Shown here: one piece after another, positions 40,934-50,618 of the stretch | How positions within the stretch are numbered: position 1 is the first letter of the stretch | Layout of the letters: each line of letters starts with the position of its first letter | Source of the DNA: an uncultured Solirubrobacteraceae bacterium | Lineage (GTDB): Bacteria; Actinomycetota; Thermoleophilia; Solirubrobacterales; Solirubrobacteraceae | NCBI GenBank assembly: GCA_963730575.1 | Contig: CAVSSG010000002.1 | Location: 359,707-423,706, forward strand | Direction of reading: 5' to 3' | Length of the DNA stretch: 64,000 nt | Made by a program: the position numbers and the translations under genes | The notes under the pieces: generated by a model | What the model was told of the DNA's origin: nothing | The model's database searches: none | Seen by the model: the letters and a program-made list of their open reading frames with translations, nothing else

Positions 40934-41503
40934 ATGCGAGTAAAGGACCGTCGTGCGGGCGCAACTGCCGAGGATCTCGCGCCCACGGGCGCGGATGACG
41001 GGCCGATCGAGATCGTCGAGTACGAGCCCTCCTGGCCGTCCTTTTTCATCGCCGAGCGCGAACGGTTGGCCCCGCTGATGCCGGGCATACCGATCTACCA
41101 CATCGGCTCCACCGCGGTCCCCGGACTGGCGGCCAAGCCGGTGATCGACATGATCGCGTTGGTCGACGATCTCGAGGCGAAGCTCGAACCCCTGATTCAA
41201 CGGGCCGGCTACCAGCTGCCCGCACGATTCAACGAGCATCTGGTGCATCGCCGCTTCCTGTGTTACCCGACGACCACCTATCGAACGCATCACTTGCACC
41301 TGGTCGACGAGCTCGAGGGCGTCGAGCGCTGCCTGCACTTTCGCGACAGCCTCCGCCACGATACAAAGCTCGCCGCCGACTACGCCGCGCTGAAGCGGGC
41401 GCTCGCCGCGCGCTATCAGGCCGACCGCGAGGGATACACGAACGCCAAGACCAGGTTTATCACCCGGGCCGACGGTTCGGGCAACGGCGACATTTCGATC
41501 TAG
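40934..41503 (+). CDS. GrpB-family nucleotidyltransferase-fold protein
   Basis: YEPSWP, HIGSTAVPGLAAKPVID, HHLHL, YTNAKTRFI. Confidence 0.92.
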   Translation: MRVKDRRAGATAEDLAPTGADDGPIEIVEYEPSWPSFFIAERERLAPLMPGIPIYHIGSTAVPGLAAKPVIDMIALVDDLEAKLEPLIQRAGYQLPARFNEHLVHRRFLCYPTTTYRTHHLHLVDELEGVERCLHFRDSLRHDTKLAADYAALKRALAARYQADREGYTNAKTRFITRADGSGNGDISI

Positions 41504-41572
41504 GGCCACGCTCTTCCCGCCGGATCTGCAGCTTGCGCTTGGTCGGGACCGCCGACCCGCTAGCCTGGAGTC

Positions 41573-41728
41573 ATGGTCACTCAGGCGGAGCGAGCGGCCG
41601 AGCGCCGCCGGGAGAAGCTGGAGCAGATCCAGCGGCAGGTGCAGGAAGGCTCGCTCAAGATCCGCAGGATGACCGCCGAGGAGCGCCGACGCTTTCCCGC
41701 CGTGCCTGCCAAGGCACGGCGCAAGTGA
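41573..41728 (+). CDS. Small basic hypothetical protein (51 aa)
   Basis: RBS GGAG; MVTQAERAAERRREKLEQIQRQVQEGSLKIRRMTAEERRRFP; GTGA overlap with the next gene. Confidence 0.6.
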   Translation: MVTQAERAAERRREKLEQIQRQVQEGSLKIRRMTAEERRRFPAVPAKARRK

Positions 41729-42039
41729 CTAACTTCTTCGTCGCGGGCATCGATGCGGAGGGGGCGCACGAGGAGGCATACAGGGAGCTGCGCGCCCAGT
41801 CTCTGATCGCCGCCGGTTGTCCCGCCCGGGCCCGGCGGATCTTCAAGCTGAGCTGTCGCTTCGATGGGCAGGACCGTGAGATCGAGGTCGGCAGACCCCT
41901 TTCCAAGGGTGGAGACGTGGTCGTCGCGATCCTCGACCACGGGCGCTTCGAGCCCTTCTGCGTGCATACCGCCGACGCGGGCGAGGGCTCACCCGCGCGG
42001 GTCAGCCATCCCGTGTACTCGGTGACCGAGTTCTCATGA
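41725..42039 (+). CDS. Hypothetical protein
   Basis: Coupled by 4-bp overlaps on both sides. Confidence 0.6.
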   Translation: MTNFFVAGIDAEGAHEEAYRELRAQSLIAAGCPARARRIFKLSCRFDGQDREIEVGRPLSKGGDVVVAILDHGRFEPFCVHTADAGEGSPARVSHPVYSVTEFS

Positions 42040-42323
42040 GCACCGAGCGCTCGGTCCGCGACGCTGAGATCCACGCCCTCGTGAAGCGCCTTGCGCGGCC
42101 ACACCCCTCCGGCGGGGACGTCGTCGAGCGGGCCGCGCTCCTGGCGTCGGGCAGCGACTTCACGGCCGCGATGACGTGGATCACCGAGCACGCCGGTGTG
42201 GCCGAGAGGATGGTCCCCGAGGCTTCCCGGCGAGGTCTGCACGGTCCGCGGCTTGGCCTCTCGGGGGGTGCCGAGATGCGGGTTCCGCTGCGCTTCGTGC
42301 TGCCCGCCGGCGCGCTGGACTGA
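42036..42323 (+). CDS. Hypothetical protein
   Basis: LARPHPSGGDVVERAALLA...LRFVLPAGAL; ATGA overlap. Confidence 0.65.
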   Translation: MSTERSVRDAEIHALVKRLARPHPSGGDVVERAALLASGSDFTAAMTWITEHAGVAERMVPEASRRGLHGPRLGLSGGAEMRVPLRFVLPAGALD

Positions 42324-42390
42324 GGGTCGACCGCCGCTCGACCGGGTTCGCACCCGTCGATGATCGATTCGGCGGGTAGAGCGAGCGGTC

Positions 42391-43188
42391 CTACAGCGGC
42401 CGCGCCGCCGCCGTGTCCGCGACGCCGGCGCGCAGGGTCAGCGACAGCACCGACGCCTGGGTGAGCAGTGCCACGCCCGTTGCGAGCGCGAAGCTGGCGG
42501 GTACCCCCAGCGTGCGCAACGAGACGGCCAGCGTGAAGCAGAACAGCGCGAACGCGCCGAAGCCGGCGACCAGCCCGCGCAGCAGTCTCTGGACGTCGGC
42601 CGGGCCGCGCTGGACGTGGGTGAACGCCGCGAGGACGCTCGCGATGATCGGGAACGGCGCGAGCAGGCCGCTCAGCTCAGGGCCGAGCCAGCCGGCCACG
42701 GCCGTCAGCGCCAGCACGAGTGCGAGGGCGCTCACCGCCCGCATCGGCAGATCCCAGCCGGGGGGCCTCCTCTGCGGCCGGCCATCGTGGCGGGGGTGGG
42801 GAAGGATGAGCAGTGCGCAGGCGAACGCCAGACACGCGATGGCGAGTGCCGCCGCCGGCGGGATCGACACCGCACTGAGCAGCGCGGTCGCTAGGAGGAA
42901 CGCGCTCCAGCCCGCGAGCAGGCTGATACCCCAGGACACGCGTCCGGCGAGGTGTGCGTAGACGACGACGAACGTGGTCAACGACACGAGCCCGAGCAGC
43001 GTGCCCGCGGCGGCGCTGGCCGCGAACACCCGCCCGTGGGCCGCCGCGTAGACAAGCAGGATCGGGCCGGCCACGACGGGCAACGCGGCTATCAGGCCGC
43101 CTACTCGCACCCCGTAACGGCGTGCGATGAGTGACGCGCCGACGACGAAGCTGGGCGCGAGCATGATCTTTGCGGCGAGCAGAGCCAC
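42391..43188 (-). CDS. Multi-pass membrane protein
   Basis: About 8 TM segments with internal symmetry (GGLIAALPVVAGP / SGLLAPFPIIAS); start approximate. Confidence 0.75.
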   Translation of the reverse strand: MALLAAKIMLAPSFVVGASLIARRYGVRVGGLIAALPVVAGPILLVYAAAHGRVFAASAAAGTLLGLVSLTTFVVVYAHLAGRVSWGISLLAGWSAFLLATALLSAVSIPPAAALAIACLAFACALLILPHPRHDGRPQRRPPGWDLPMRAVSALALVLALTAVAGWLGPELSGLLAPFPIIASVLAAFTHVQRGPADVQRLLRGLVAGFGAFALFCFTLAVSLRTLGVPASFALATGVALLTQASVLSLTLRAGVADTAAARPL

Positions 43189-43293
43189 CCCCAAGATGAT
43201 GACTGCTCGCGCGTCGGTTTGGCGTCGCGCGCCGTCCCCCGGTAGGCGGAACCCCGTAGGCTCCTCTGTTGCCAGGCGAGAGAGAGGAACGAG

Positions 43294-45055
43294 ATGGGTT
43301 TCATAGCGCCGTCGCCACCCCCGGTCGATGTCGAGGAGTGGAAGCAGCTTCCCTATCTGCAGCGCATCAAGCCGCTCGCGCAGGATTGGGCGATCAACGG
43401 CTTCGGCACGCCGACGGCCGTCTACCTGGCCTACGTAGTCAAGCTCGTCGTCTTCGTGCTCGGTGCCGCGCTGGTCATCTCCGCATCGACCCCTGCCCTC
43501 GGCGGTCTGGGGAGCATCTCGAGCTGGTGGACGGACCCGATCGTCTTTCAGAAGGCCGCCGTGTGGACGATGCTGTGGGAGATCATCGGGCTCGGGGCGG
43601 GCTCCATGCCCCTCACCTTCCGCTTCGTGCCGCCGATCGGCGGCACCCTCTACTGGCTGCGTCCCGGCACGATCCGGCTTCCGCCGTTTCCCGACCGCGT
43701 TCCGCTCACCCGCGGCTCGACGCGAACCTGGTTCGACGTGGCTCTCTATGCCGGCGTGCTCGCCGCCGGCATGAACCTGCTCGTCTCCTCCGGCGAGGCC
43801 GTCGCGGGCACACCGGCCGGCCGGCTGGACCCGGTCGCGATCGGCGTCATGCTCGGCCTGCTCGCGCTCCTGGGCCTGCGCGACAAGGTCTCGTTCCTGT
43901 GCGCGCGCCCAGAAGTCTACGGGCTGCTGCTGCTCGTCTTCCTGTTTCCGCTCAGCGAAGTGATCGTCGCCAGCCAGCTCGTGCTCGTCTGCATCTGGTG
44001 GGGCGCGGCAGCGTCCAAGCTCAACAAGCACTTCCCCTTCGTGGTGGCGGTAATGATCAGCAACACGCCATGGAATCGATCGCGCCGGGCCAAGAGCCGT
44101 CTGTATCGAGACCACCCCGACGACCTGCGTCCCTCGCGCGAGGCGGCGTTCGCCGCGCACCTCGGCACGGTCATCGAGTTCGCGCTGCCGCTGGTGCTGC
44201 TGGTGTCACGTGGAGGCACGCTGTGCACGATCGCCGTGGTGGGGATGATCATCTTCCACGTGCACATCACCTCCACCTTCCCGCTGGCGGTGCCACTGGA
44301 GTGGAACCTGTTCATGATCTTCGGCCTGCTCTTCCTCTTCGGCCATTACGGCGACGTCCCGTTCTCAACGCTCCAGGATCCGCTGCTCGTGGCGATCATT
44401 GTCGTGATTGGCGTCGTCATACCGGTGATCGGCAACTTCCGCCCGGACAAGGTCTCGTTCCTTCCGTCGATGCGCTACTACGCGGGCAACTGGGCCACGA
44501 GTCAGTGGTTGTTCCGCAGGGACGGCGCGGAGGAGAAGTTCGATCACGCGCTCGACAAGCCGGCGCGTGTCCCGGTCGAGCAGGTGGCCGGCATCTACGA
44601 TCGCGAGACCGCCGAGCTGCTGCTCACGAAGGGCCTCGCGTTCAGGTCGATGCACTCACACGGCCGAGCGCTGAACGGACTGGTCTTCCGGGCCGTCGAG
44701 GACATCGAGGAGTACTCGGTTCGTGAGGGTGAGCTCATCGCGGGAGTTGCCGTCGGGCTGGAACTTCGGCGATGGGCACTTCCACAGCGAGCAGCTGCTC
44801 GAAGCGGTGCAGGAGCGCTGTCGTTTCGGCGAGGGCGAGCTGCGGGTGGTGATGCTCGAGTCCCAGCCCGTGAACTCCCCGCGCCAGCACTACCGCATCT
44901 ACGACGCCGCCACCGGCCTCGTCGAGGAGGGCTGTGTGCGGGTGGCCGACATGGTCGAGCGCCAGCCGTGGCTCGATGAGATCGGCACGTTCCCGGTCGA
45001 GGTGGTTGCCCCGAGCGCCGCCCTGAAGCCCGCGGGAGCCGCGGTGTCGCAGTGA
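43294..45055 (+). CDS. DUF3556-family membrane protein (frameshift near 44757)
   Basis: GAAASKLNKHFP, PLAVPLEWN, SFLPSMRYYAGNWA, GWNFGDGHFH. Confidence 0.85.
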
Positions 45056-46469
45056 GCGAGGCGATCGTCGTCGGGTCCGGCCCGAACGGCCTGGCCTGTG
45101 CGGCGGTGCTCGCGCGGGCGGGAGTCAAGGTGAGCGTGCTGGAGGCCGAGTCCACGATCGGTGGTGGCAGCCGCACGAGCGAATCGACGCTTCCGGGCCT
45201 GCTGCACGACGACTGCTCCGCCGTGCATGCGATGGCGGTCGGAGCGCCGTCGCTGAACAAGCTCGGTCTCGAGCGCCACGGCCTGGAGTGGTGCTGGCCG
45301 GAGGTCGACCTCGCACATCCGCTCGACGGTGACGGCGCGGGGGTGATGGTGCGTTCGATCGCGGATACCGCAGAGGGACTCGGCGAGGACGGGCGCGCGT
45401 GGCGGCGCCTGTTCGAATCCTCAGCCGCGGGGTTTGAGCCACTGAGCGAGGACATCATGCGACCGCTTCTGCACGTGCCGCGCCACCCGGTCCGACTCAT
45501 GCGGTTCGGGCTGCCGGCGGCACTGCCCGCGACGCTGCTGGCGCGCGCGTTCGCAGGCGAGGAGGCACGGGCGCTGTTCGGCGGCTGCGCGGCACACTCG
45601 CTCAGCCCGCTGTCGCAGCCGATGAGCTCGGCGATCGGGGTGGCGCTGATCTGCGCCGGCCATCGCTACGGCTGGCCGGTGGCACGCGGCGGGTCCTCGC
45701 GCCATCAGCAACGCCCTGGCCGCCGTCGTGCGCGAGCACGGCGGGAGCATTCAGACCGGGCGGCAGGTGAGGTCCCTGTCCGAGCTACCGCCGGCCGACG
45801 CGGTCGTGCTCGACCTCGCGCCCGGCGCCGTCGTCGAGATCGCCGGTGAGCGGCTGCCCGCGCGCGTCGCGCGCGCCTACCGGCGCTACCGGCACGCTCC
45901 CGGGGCGTTCAAGGTCGACCTCGCGGTCGCCGGTGGCGTGCCGTGGCGCAGCGCGGCCGCTCGCCGCGCGGGCACCGTGCACGTGATCGGGGCCTTCCGG
46001 GAGATCGTCGGCGGCCGAGCGCGCGATCAACCGCGGGCGCATGCCCGAGCGTCCATTCGTGCTCGTCTGCCAGCAGTCGCTCGCCGACCCGACCCGCTCC
46101 AAGGACGACGTCCACCCGGTCTGGAGCTACGCGCACGTCCCGTCCGGCTACACCGGCGACGCGACCGAGGCCCTGCTCGACCAGATCGAACGGTTCGCGC
46201 CGGGACTGCGCGAGAGGATCCTGGCGAGGGCAGTCCGCTCGACGACCGAGATGGAGCGCTACAACGCCAACTACGTCGGTGGCGACATCATCACCGGCGC
46301 CAACACCGGGCTGCAGGGCGTCATCCGCCCGCGCCTGGCCTTCGACCCCTACAGCACGGGCATCCCGGGCGTGTTCATCTGCTCCGCGGCGACCCCGCCG
46401 GGGGCCGGCGCGCACGGAATGAACGGCTACAACGCGGCCCGATCGGTTCTCGGGAACCTGGCGAGGTAG
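45052..46469 (+). CDS. Phytoene dehydrogenase-like FAD oxidoreductase (frameshifts near 45700 and 46010)
   Basis: VVGSGPNGL, HDDCSAVH, NANYVGGDI, CSAATPPGAGAHGMNGY. Confidence 0.88.
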
Positions 46470-46554
46470 AGCAACTACGCCGTCACGCGCCCATGCTCGG
46501 CCCGGGCATGCTTAGATTATGAGCCTGTCAGCATCCTGAACTGGCAGATAGCGC

Positions 46555-46650
46555 GCGCCCGTAGCTCAGTGGTCAACGGTTCTCTTCGGGGAGCCAAAGA
46601 GCAGCGGTCTTTCAAGCCGCAGGCCGCGGGTTCGATTCCCGCCGGGCGCA
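46555..46650 (+). tRNA. Atypical 96-nt tRNA, anticodon TTC (nominally Glu), with extra hairpin in the D-loop
   Basis: Acceptor GCGCCCG/CGGGCGC+A, D stem GCTC/GAGC, anticodon arm GCGGT-CTTTCAA-GCCGC, T arm GCGGG-TTCGATT-CCCGC; D-loop 31 nt. Confidence 0.88.
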
Positions 46651-46779
46651 CTTTTCGAAGTATCTGCAAACCGGTGGGTTTCAGAGCCGGGCGGGCAGGG
46701 CGAGCGGGGCCATTTCGGCGAGCGGCTCGGTCCACAGCCGCTGATGTACGTCGATCTTGATCATTGTTGGTGGCCCGTC

Positions 46780-47049
46780 CTAAGCGGCAAGAGGCTGGTG
46801 GATACGGGCTCCTCGCGCCGGGGCGCGGATTGGGGTTCGTTGCACCGGCGCTGAGGCGTGCCCGGAGAGCGCGTTCTCCTGCTCCTCGGCATCGATGATG
46901 GCCCACGCCAGACGCTCGACGAGCTGCGTCGCTGCGTGCCAGGTGCTCAGGTGCACCGAGTGGACTTGCTCGTCAAGAAAGACGACGGCGTCGGCGGGCC
47001 GCTCGAGGGCGGCGTGTGCGGCCTCGGTCGTGACGATGATGCTCGGCAT
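46780..47049 (-). CDS. Small hypothetical protein
   Basis: RBS AAAGGAG before ATG; QLVERLAWAIIDAE. Confidence 0.65.
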   Translation of the reverse strand: MPSIIVTTEAAHAALERPADAVVFLDEQVHSVHLSTWHAATQLVERLAWAIIDAEEQENALSGHASAPVQRTPIRAPARGARIHQPLAA

Positions 47050-47498
47050 TGGAGCTCCTTTGGGGTTCGAGGTGTCGGAGTAGTGGATATGCGTCCGGCA
47101 GAGGACGTCGGCGTATCCGGAGGGGTCCACCCAGGGAGGGTCCATCCCTGGGTACTCAGGAGGAGGGGCGTCAGGATGCGTCAGGAGGGTTCACAAAGCC
47201 CGGACACGCCCGCCGACGCACCTTGGGCGCAAGCCTTACAGCTCCCCGAAGCCTTGCGGAGCGTCTCGCTGCCTCGACGCGTGGTGGTGGGGCGGCGCGA
47301 TCGCCAACCAATCCGCCAGCACCGATGGGTCGCAGCACAAACGCCGCACCTGTCTGGTCTGGAGTGGACTCTCGTCCTCGGCAGGCCGGCCCCACCAAGG
47401 CCGTCAGGTGACCTGCCTCATCGAGATCACCCTGCCTTAAGGCGATTCAGGCGGTTCAACTCCAGCCGCCCGACGACCGGGGCGATCCTCGCTGTTGT

Positions 47499-49622
47499 TC
47501 AGCGGCCGCGTTTCGCCCCGGGGGCGGTCGGCCCAGCCGACGACACTCCCAGCTGCCGTCGCAGCCGCGCCCTCTTCTCGACATCGACGCGGCCGCGCCC
47601 GAAGGCGTCGACGCGACGCCAGCGTCCGGGGATGTCGAGCAGCTCAAGCCGGCCGATCCCGATCGGCAGCGCGGGATCGACGATCAGGTGATCCTCGAGC
47701 GGCTCGAGTCCGAGCATCGTCCGGAGCAGCAGCAGCGGCGCGCCCGTCGACCAGGCCTGCGGGCTGCACGCGGTTGGGTACTGGACCGGGTACTTCGTCA
47801 CGCTGCGCTCGTAGCCGCCGAACGCCTCCGGCAGGCGGCCCGCGAAGAAGTCGGCGGCGTCGAGGATGCCGGCTGCGATCTGCGCGGCCTCGTCCTTGAA
47901 GCCGTAGCGGCGCAGGCCCCAGGCGATGAATGAGTTGTCGAACGGCCAAACGGTGCCGACGTGGTAGCCGATCGGGTTGTAGCGCGCCTCGCCCTCGGCC
48001 AGCGTGCGCACCCCCCAGCCCGAGAAGAGGCGCGGCCCCATCAGGTGGCGCACGACGGCTCCGGCCTTGGACTTGTCGACGATCCCGCTCCACAGGAGGT
48101 GGCCGTTGTTCGAGGTCAGTGCATCGACCTGGTTGCCCTCCGCGTCGAGCGCCAGCGCGAAGTACTCGTCGTCCTTCACCCAGAAGTCGCGGTTGAAGCG
48201 GCGCTTCAGATCCGCGGCGCTCCTCTGCAGTTCCTCAGCGAACGCTGGGTCCCTCCACACCTCGCGCGCGAGCCGCGCACCGCGCACCTTCGCGTCGTAT
48301 GCGTAGCCCTGCAGCTCGCAGGTCGCGCGCGGGAAGCCGGGCAGACGCCCGTCGCGGTAGGAGATCGAGTCCCAGGAGTCCTTCCAACACTGGTTCTCAA
48401 GGCCCGTCTCCTGGTTGCGGCGCTCATAGGAGATGTAGCCGTTGCCCATCAGGTCCGCGTACTCGTCGATCCATCTCAGTGCCGCACGGGCCTCGAACTC
48501 GAGCTCGCGAACGAGCTTGCGGTCGCCCGACCAGCGCTCGTACTCGTCGAGCAGCACGACGAACAGCGGCGTCGCGTCAGCTGAGCCGTAGTAGGGCGAG
48601 TGTGGTCGTTCTTCGAACGCCGTCAGCTCGCCGTAGCGCATCTCATGCAGGATGCGGCCCGGATCCTCGTCGCGAAAGTCATCGATCCGGGCGCCCTGTC
48701 GAAGCCCGAGCTCGCGCAGCGTCGTCGCGGCGAGCTCCGGGGTGAAGGGCAGCGCCTGCAGGCTGGTGAGGATGCTGTCGCGACCGAACATGGTCATGAA
48801 CCACGGCAGGCCGGCCGCCGGCAGGCTCCGCTTCCCCGCGGTGAGCGGCGAGAAGCGCAGGGCGGCGAGGTCGACGAGACTGCGCCGGTAGGTCGCCTTC
48901 AGCGGCTCCCAGTCGCACTCGAGTTGCGGCGCGCCCTGAAGCCAGCGCTCGAGGTCCTGTTCCATGTGGGGTCGCGCGCTGCGGATTTCCCGCCCGTACT
49001 TGGGTCGGTCGAGCCGCTGTCTCATCGCCCCCGTCGCCGTCACCACGTCGAGGTCGGTCGTCCAGCTGCCGTGGGGCTCGATCCTGACCTTGAAGGTCAG
49101 CCCGTTCTTGTCGACCCGCGCATGTGCCGAGGCCGAGATCAGCGTCGCCTTCTCAAGAGTGTCGCGCCGGTAGGAGAGCATCAGCCGGCCGTCCTTGACC
49201 GCCGAGTCGTAGCGCCCCTTCTTTGTCAGCGCGTCCTTGACCTCGAACAGGTCGGCGAAGTCGCTGCCGGCGTCGAGTCGTACGGTCAGCTCGACTGGCT
49301 CGTCCTCGTGGCTGAGGATCGTCAGCTCCTCGTGGAAGCCGTCGCCGACAGCCCGCTCGCGGATCACCGAGAGCTTCGCGTCGACGTACACGGTCCCGGT
49401 TCCGGGTACGAGGAAGAACCTCGTCTCGAAGTAGTTCACCTCGTCGACCGACAGGGCATTGAGCCGCTGGCCGTCCACCGTGAGCACCCACTTCGACAGG
49501 AAGCGGGTGTCGAACGAGAAGAGGCCCATCGGGTCGGTCATCGACGCTTCGACGTCGCCCCGCGTGTCGCTGACGACGAACGTGTTGCCGTCGAGGATCT
49601 TGACCAGGTCGTCGTCGCTCAT
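47499..49622 (-). CDS. Amylo-alpha-1,6-glucosidase / glycogen debranching enzyme
   Basis: AAGLPWFMTMFGRDS, EDPGRILHE, YYGSADATP, WKDS, YHVGTVWP, CSPQAW. Confidence 0.92.
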   Translation of the reverse strand: MSDDDLVKILDGNTFVVSDTRGDVEASMTDPMGLFSFDTRFLSKWVLTVDGQRLNALSVDEVNYFETRFFLVPGTGTVYVDAKLSVIRERAVGDGFHEELTILSHEDEPVELTVRLDAGSDFADLFEVKDALTKKGRYDSAVKDGRLMLSYRRDTLEKATLISASAHARVDKNGLTFKVRIEPHGSWTTDLDVVTATGAMRQRLDRPKYGREIRSARPHMEQDLERWLQGAPQLECDWEPLKATYRRSLVDLAALRFSPLTAGKRSLPAAGLPWFMTMFGRDSILTSLQALPFTPELAATTLRELGLRQGARIDDFRDEDPGRILHEMRYGELTAFEERPHSPYYGSADATPLFVVLLDEYERWSGDRKLVRELEFEARAALRWIDEYADLMGNGYISYERRNQETGLENQCWKDSWDSISYRDGRLPGFPRATCELQGYAYDAKVRGARLAREVWRDPAFAEELQRSAADLKRRFNRDFWVKDDEYFALALDAEGNQVDALTSNNGHLLWSGIVDKSKAGAVVRHLMGPRLFSGWGVRTLAEGEARYNPIGYHVGTVWPFDNSFIAWGLRRYGFKDEAAQIAAGILDAADFFAGRLPEAFGGYERSVTKYPVQYPTACSPQAWSTGAPLLLLRTMLGLEPLEDHLIVDPALPIGIGRLELLDIPGRWRRVDAFGRGRVDVEKRARLRRQLGVSSAGPTAPGAKRGR

Positions 49623-49996
49623 CGCCTTCCCCTTGCGTCGCCCGCCCTGCGTTTCCGTCTGCGTGTACGTGGTGGGCCTGGAAACACGCGCTGGAACAGC
49701 ATCAGCATCTCGAGGTCGCCCTCCACGTCCACGGCCTCGCGCAGAAGGGCCGCCTGCACGTTGATCTCGCCGCTTGCCAGGCGGTCGAACACCTCTCTGT
49801 CCGCGCGCAGCGTGGCGTCGGCTGCGCCGACCTCGCTCGACACCTCGACGTGGCCGTTCTCGACAGAGACGCACCAGTGGTCGGTGTGCCTGTCGTGCCT
49901 GAGTTCGAAGCTCACGCTGCCCTTGAGCTTCTCGAGCAGCGGCTCGTGACCCCGGCGGGCGAGGTCATCGAAGAAGTCCGCGGTGGCGTCAGTCAA
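49619..49996 (-). CDS. SCP2 sterol-carrier-domain protein
   Basis: FFDDLARRGHEPLL, ADATLRAD, VEGDL...FQRVFPGP; start approximate. Confidence 0.8.
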   Translation of the reverse strand: MTDATADFFDDLARRGHEPLLEKLKGSVSFELRHDRHTDHWCVSVENGHVEVSSEVGAADATLRADREVFDRLASGEINVQAALLREAVDVEGDLEMLMLFQRVFPGPPRTRRRKRRAGDARGRR

Positions 49997-50618
49997 CTTC
50001 AGCCCTCCGATTGGTCCCACTGAGCGAGATCCGAGCGGCCGTGAGGCCCCTTTGCACGAGCTTACACGTGGGATCCGTGCGGATGCTGCCCGAGCATCGC
50101 GTCCTCGCGTCGTGCCCGCATCCGTCATTCGCCACGCTCGTGGCGCTCGGAGGAAGGTGCGGGCGGTTGGTCGTTTCTTTGCAAGCCCGACCCCGTGCTT
50201 CGAGCGTGTTGACATTTGGCGTAAAAGATGATTTATATGTCAGCGACTTGAACTGGACGACAACCGCAAGGATGAGGGTTCAGCCAGTGCCCGAGTCGAG
50301 GAGCGACGAGGGCGACCAGGGGTTGCAGACGGGAAGCTTGGGTGGGCAGGATGCGAAACCAAGATGGGGACGGACAGAGAATGGGGCGGTTCGCTTGTCA
50401 GCAGCAGCGTATGCTTCGTGCGCTTCACGGTCGGTGGCCATACCGTCGCTCACACTGCCGCGACGACCTGCACTGGCTGGTGCGGGTGCGCCCGGAGAGG
50501 CGCTGGTGTTCGACCGGACGCGCACATTCGATGGCCGCCCTGCCGGTCTGCGGCCGGCGACCCCACGCCGGGTGAACGAACTTGGGGGGACCGGGGAACG
50601 GAGGAGCGGGAGGACCGC

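Noticed and set aside
43189-44160. N-terminal extension of the 589-aa minus-strand ORF
   Set aside because: Overlaps the DUF3556 gene on the opposite strand; only the hydrophobic last ~265 aa look real.
46555-46650. tRNA-Sec (length 96 nt, TTCAA near the anticodon)
   Set aside because: 7/5 acceptor/T stems, short variable loop, A73, and the loop register gives TTC, not TCA; the extra length is in the D-loop.
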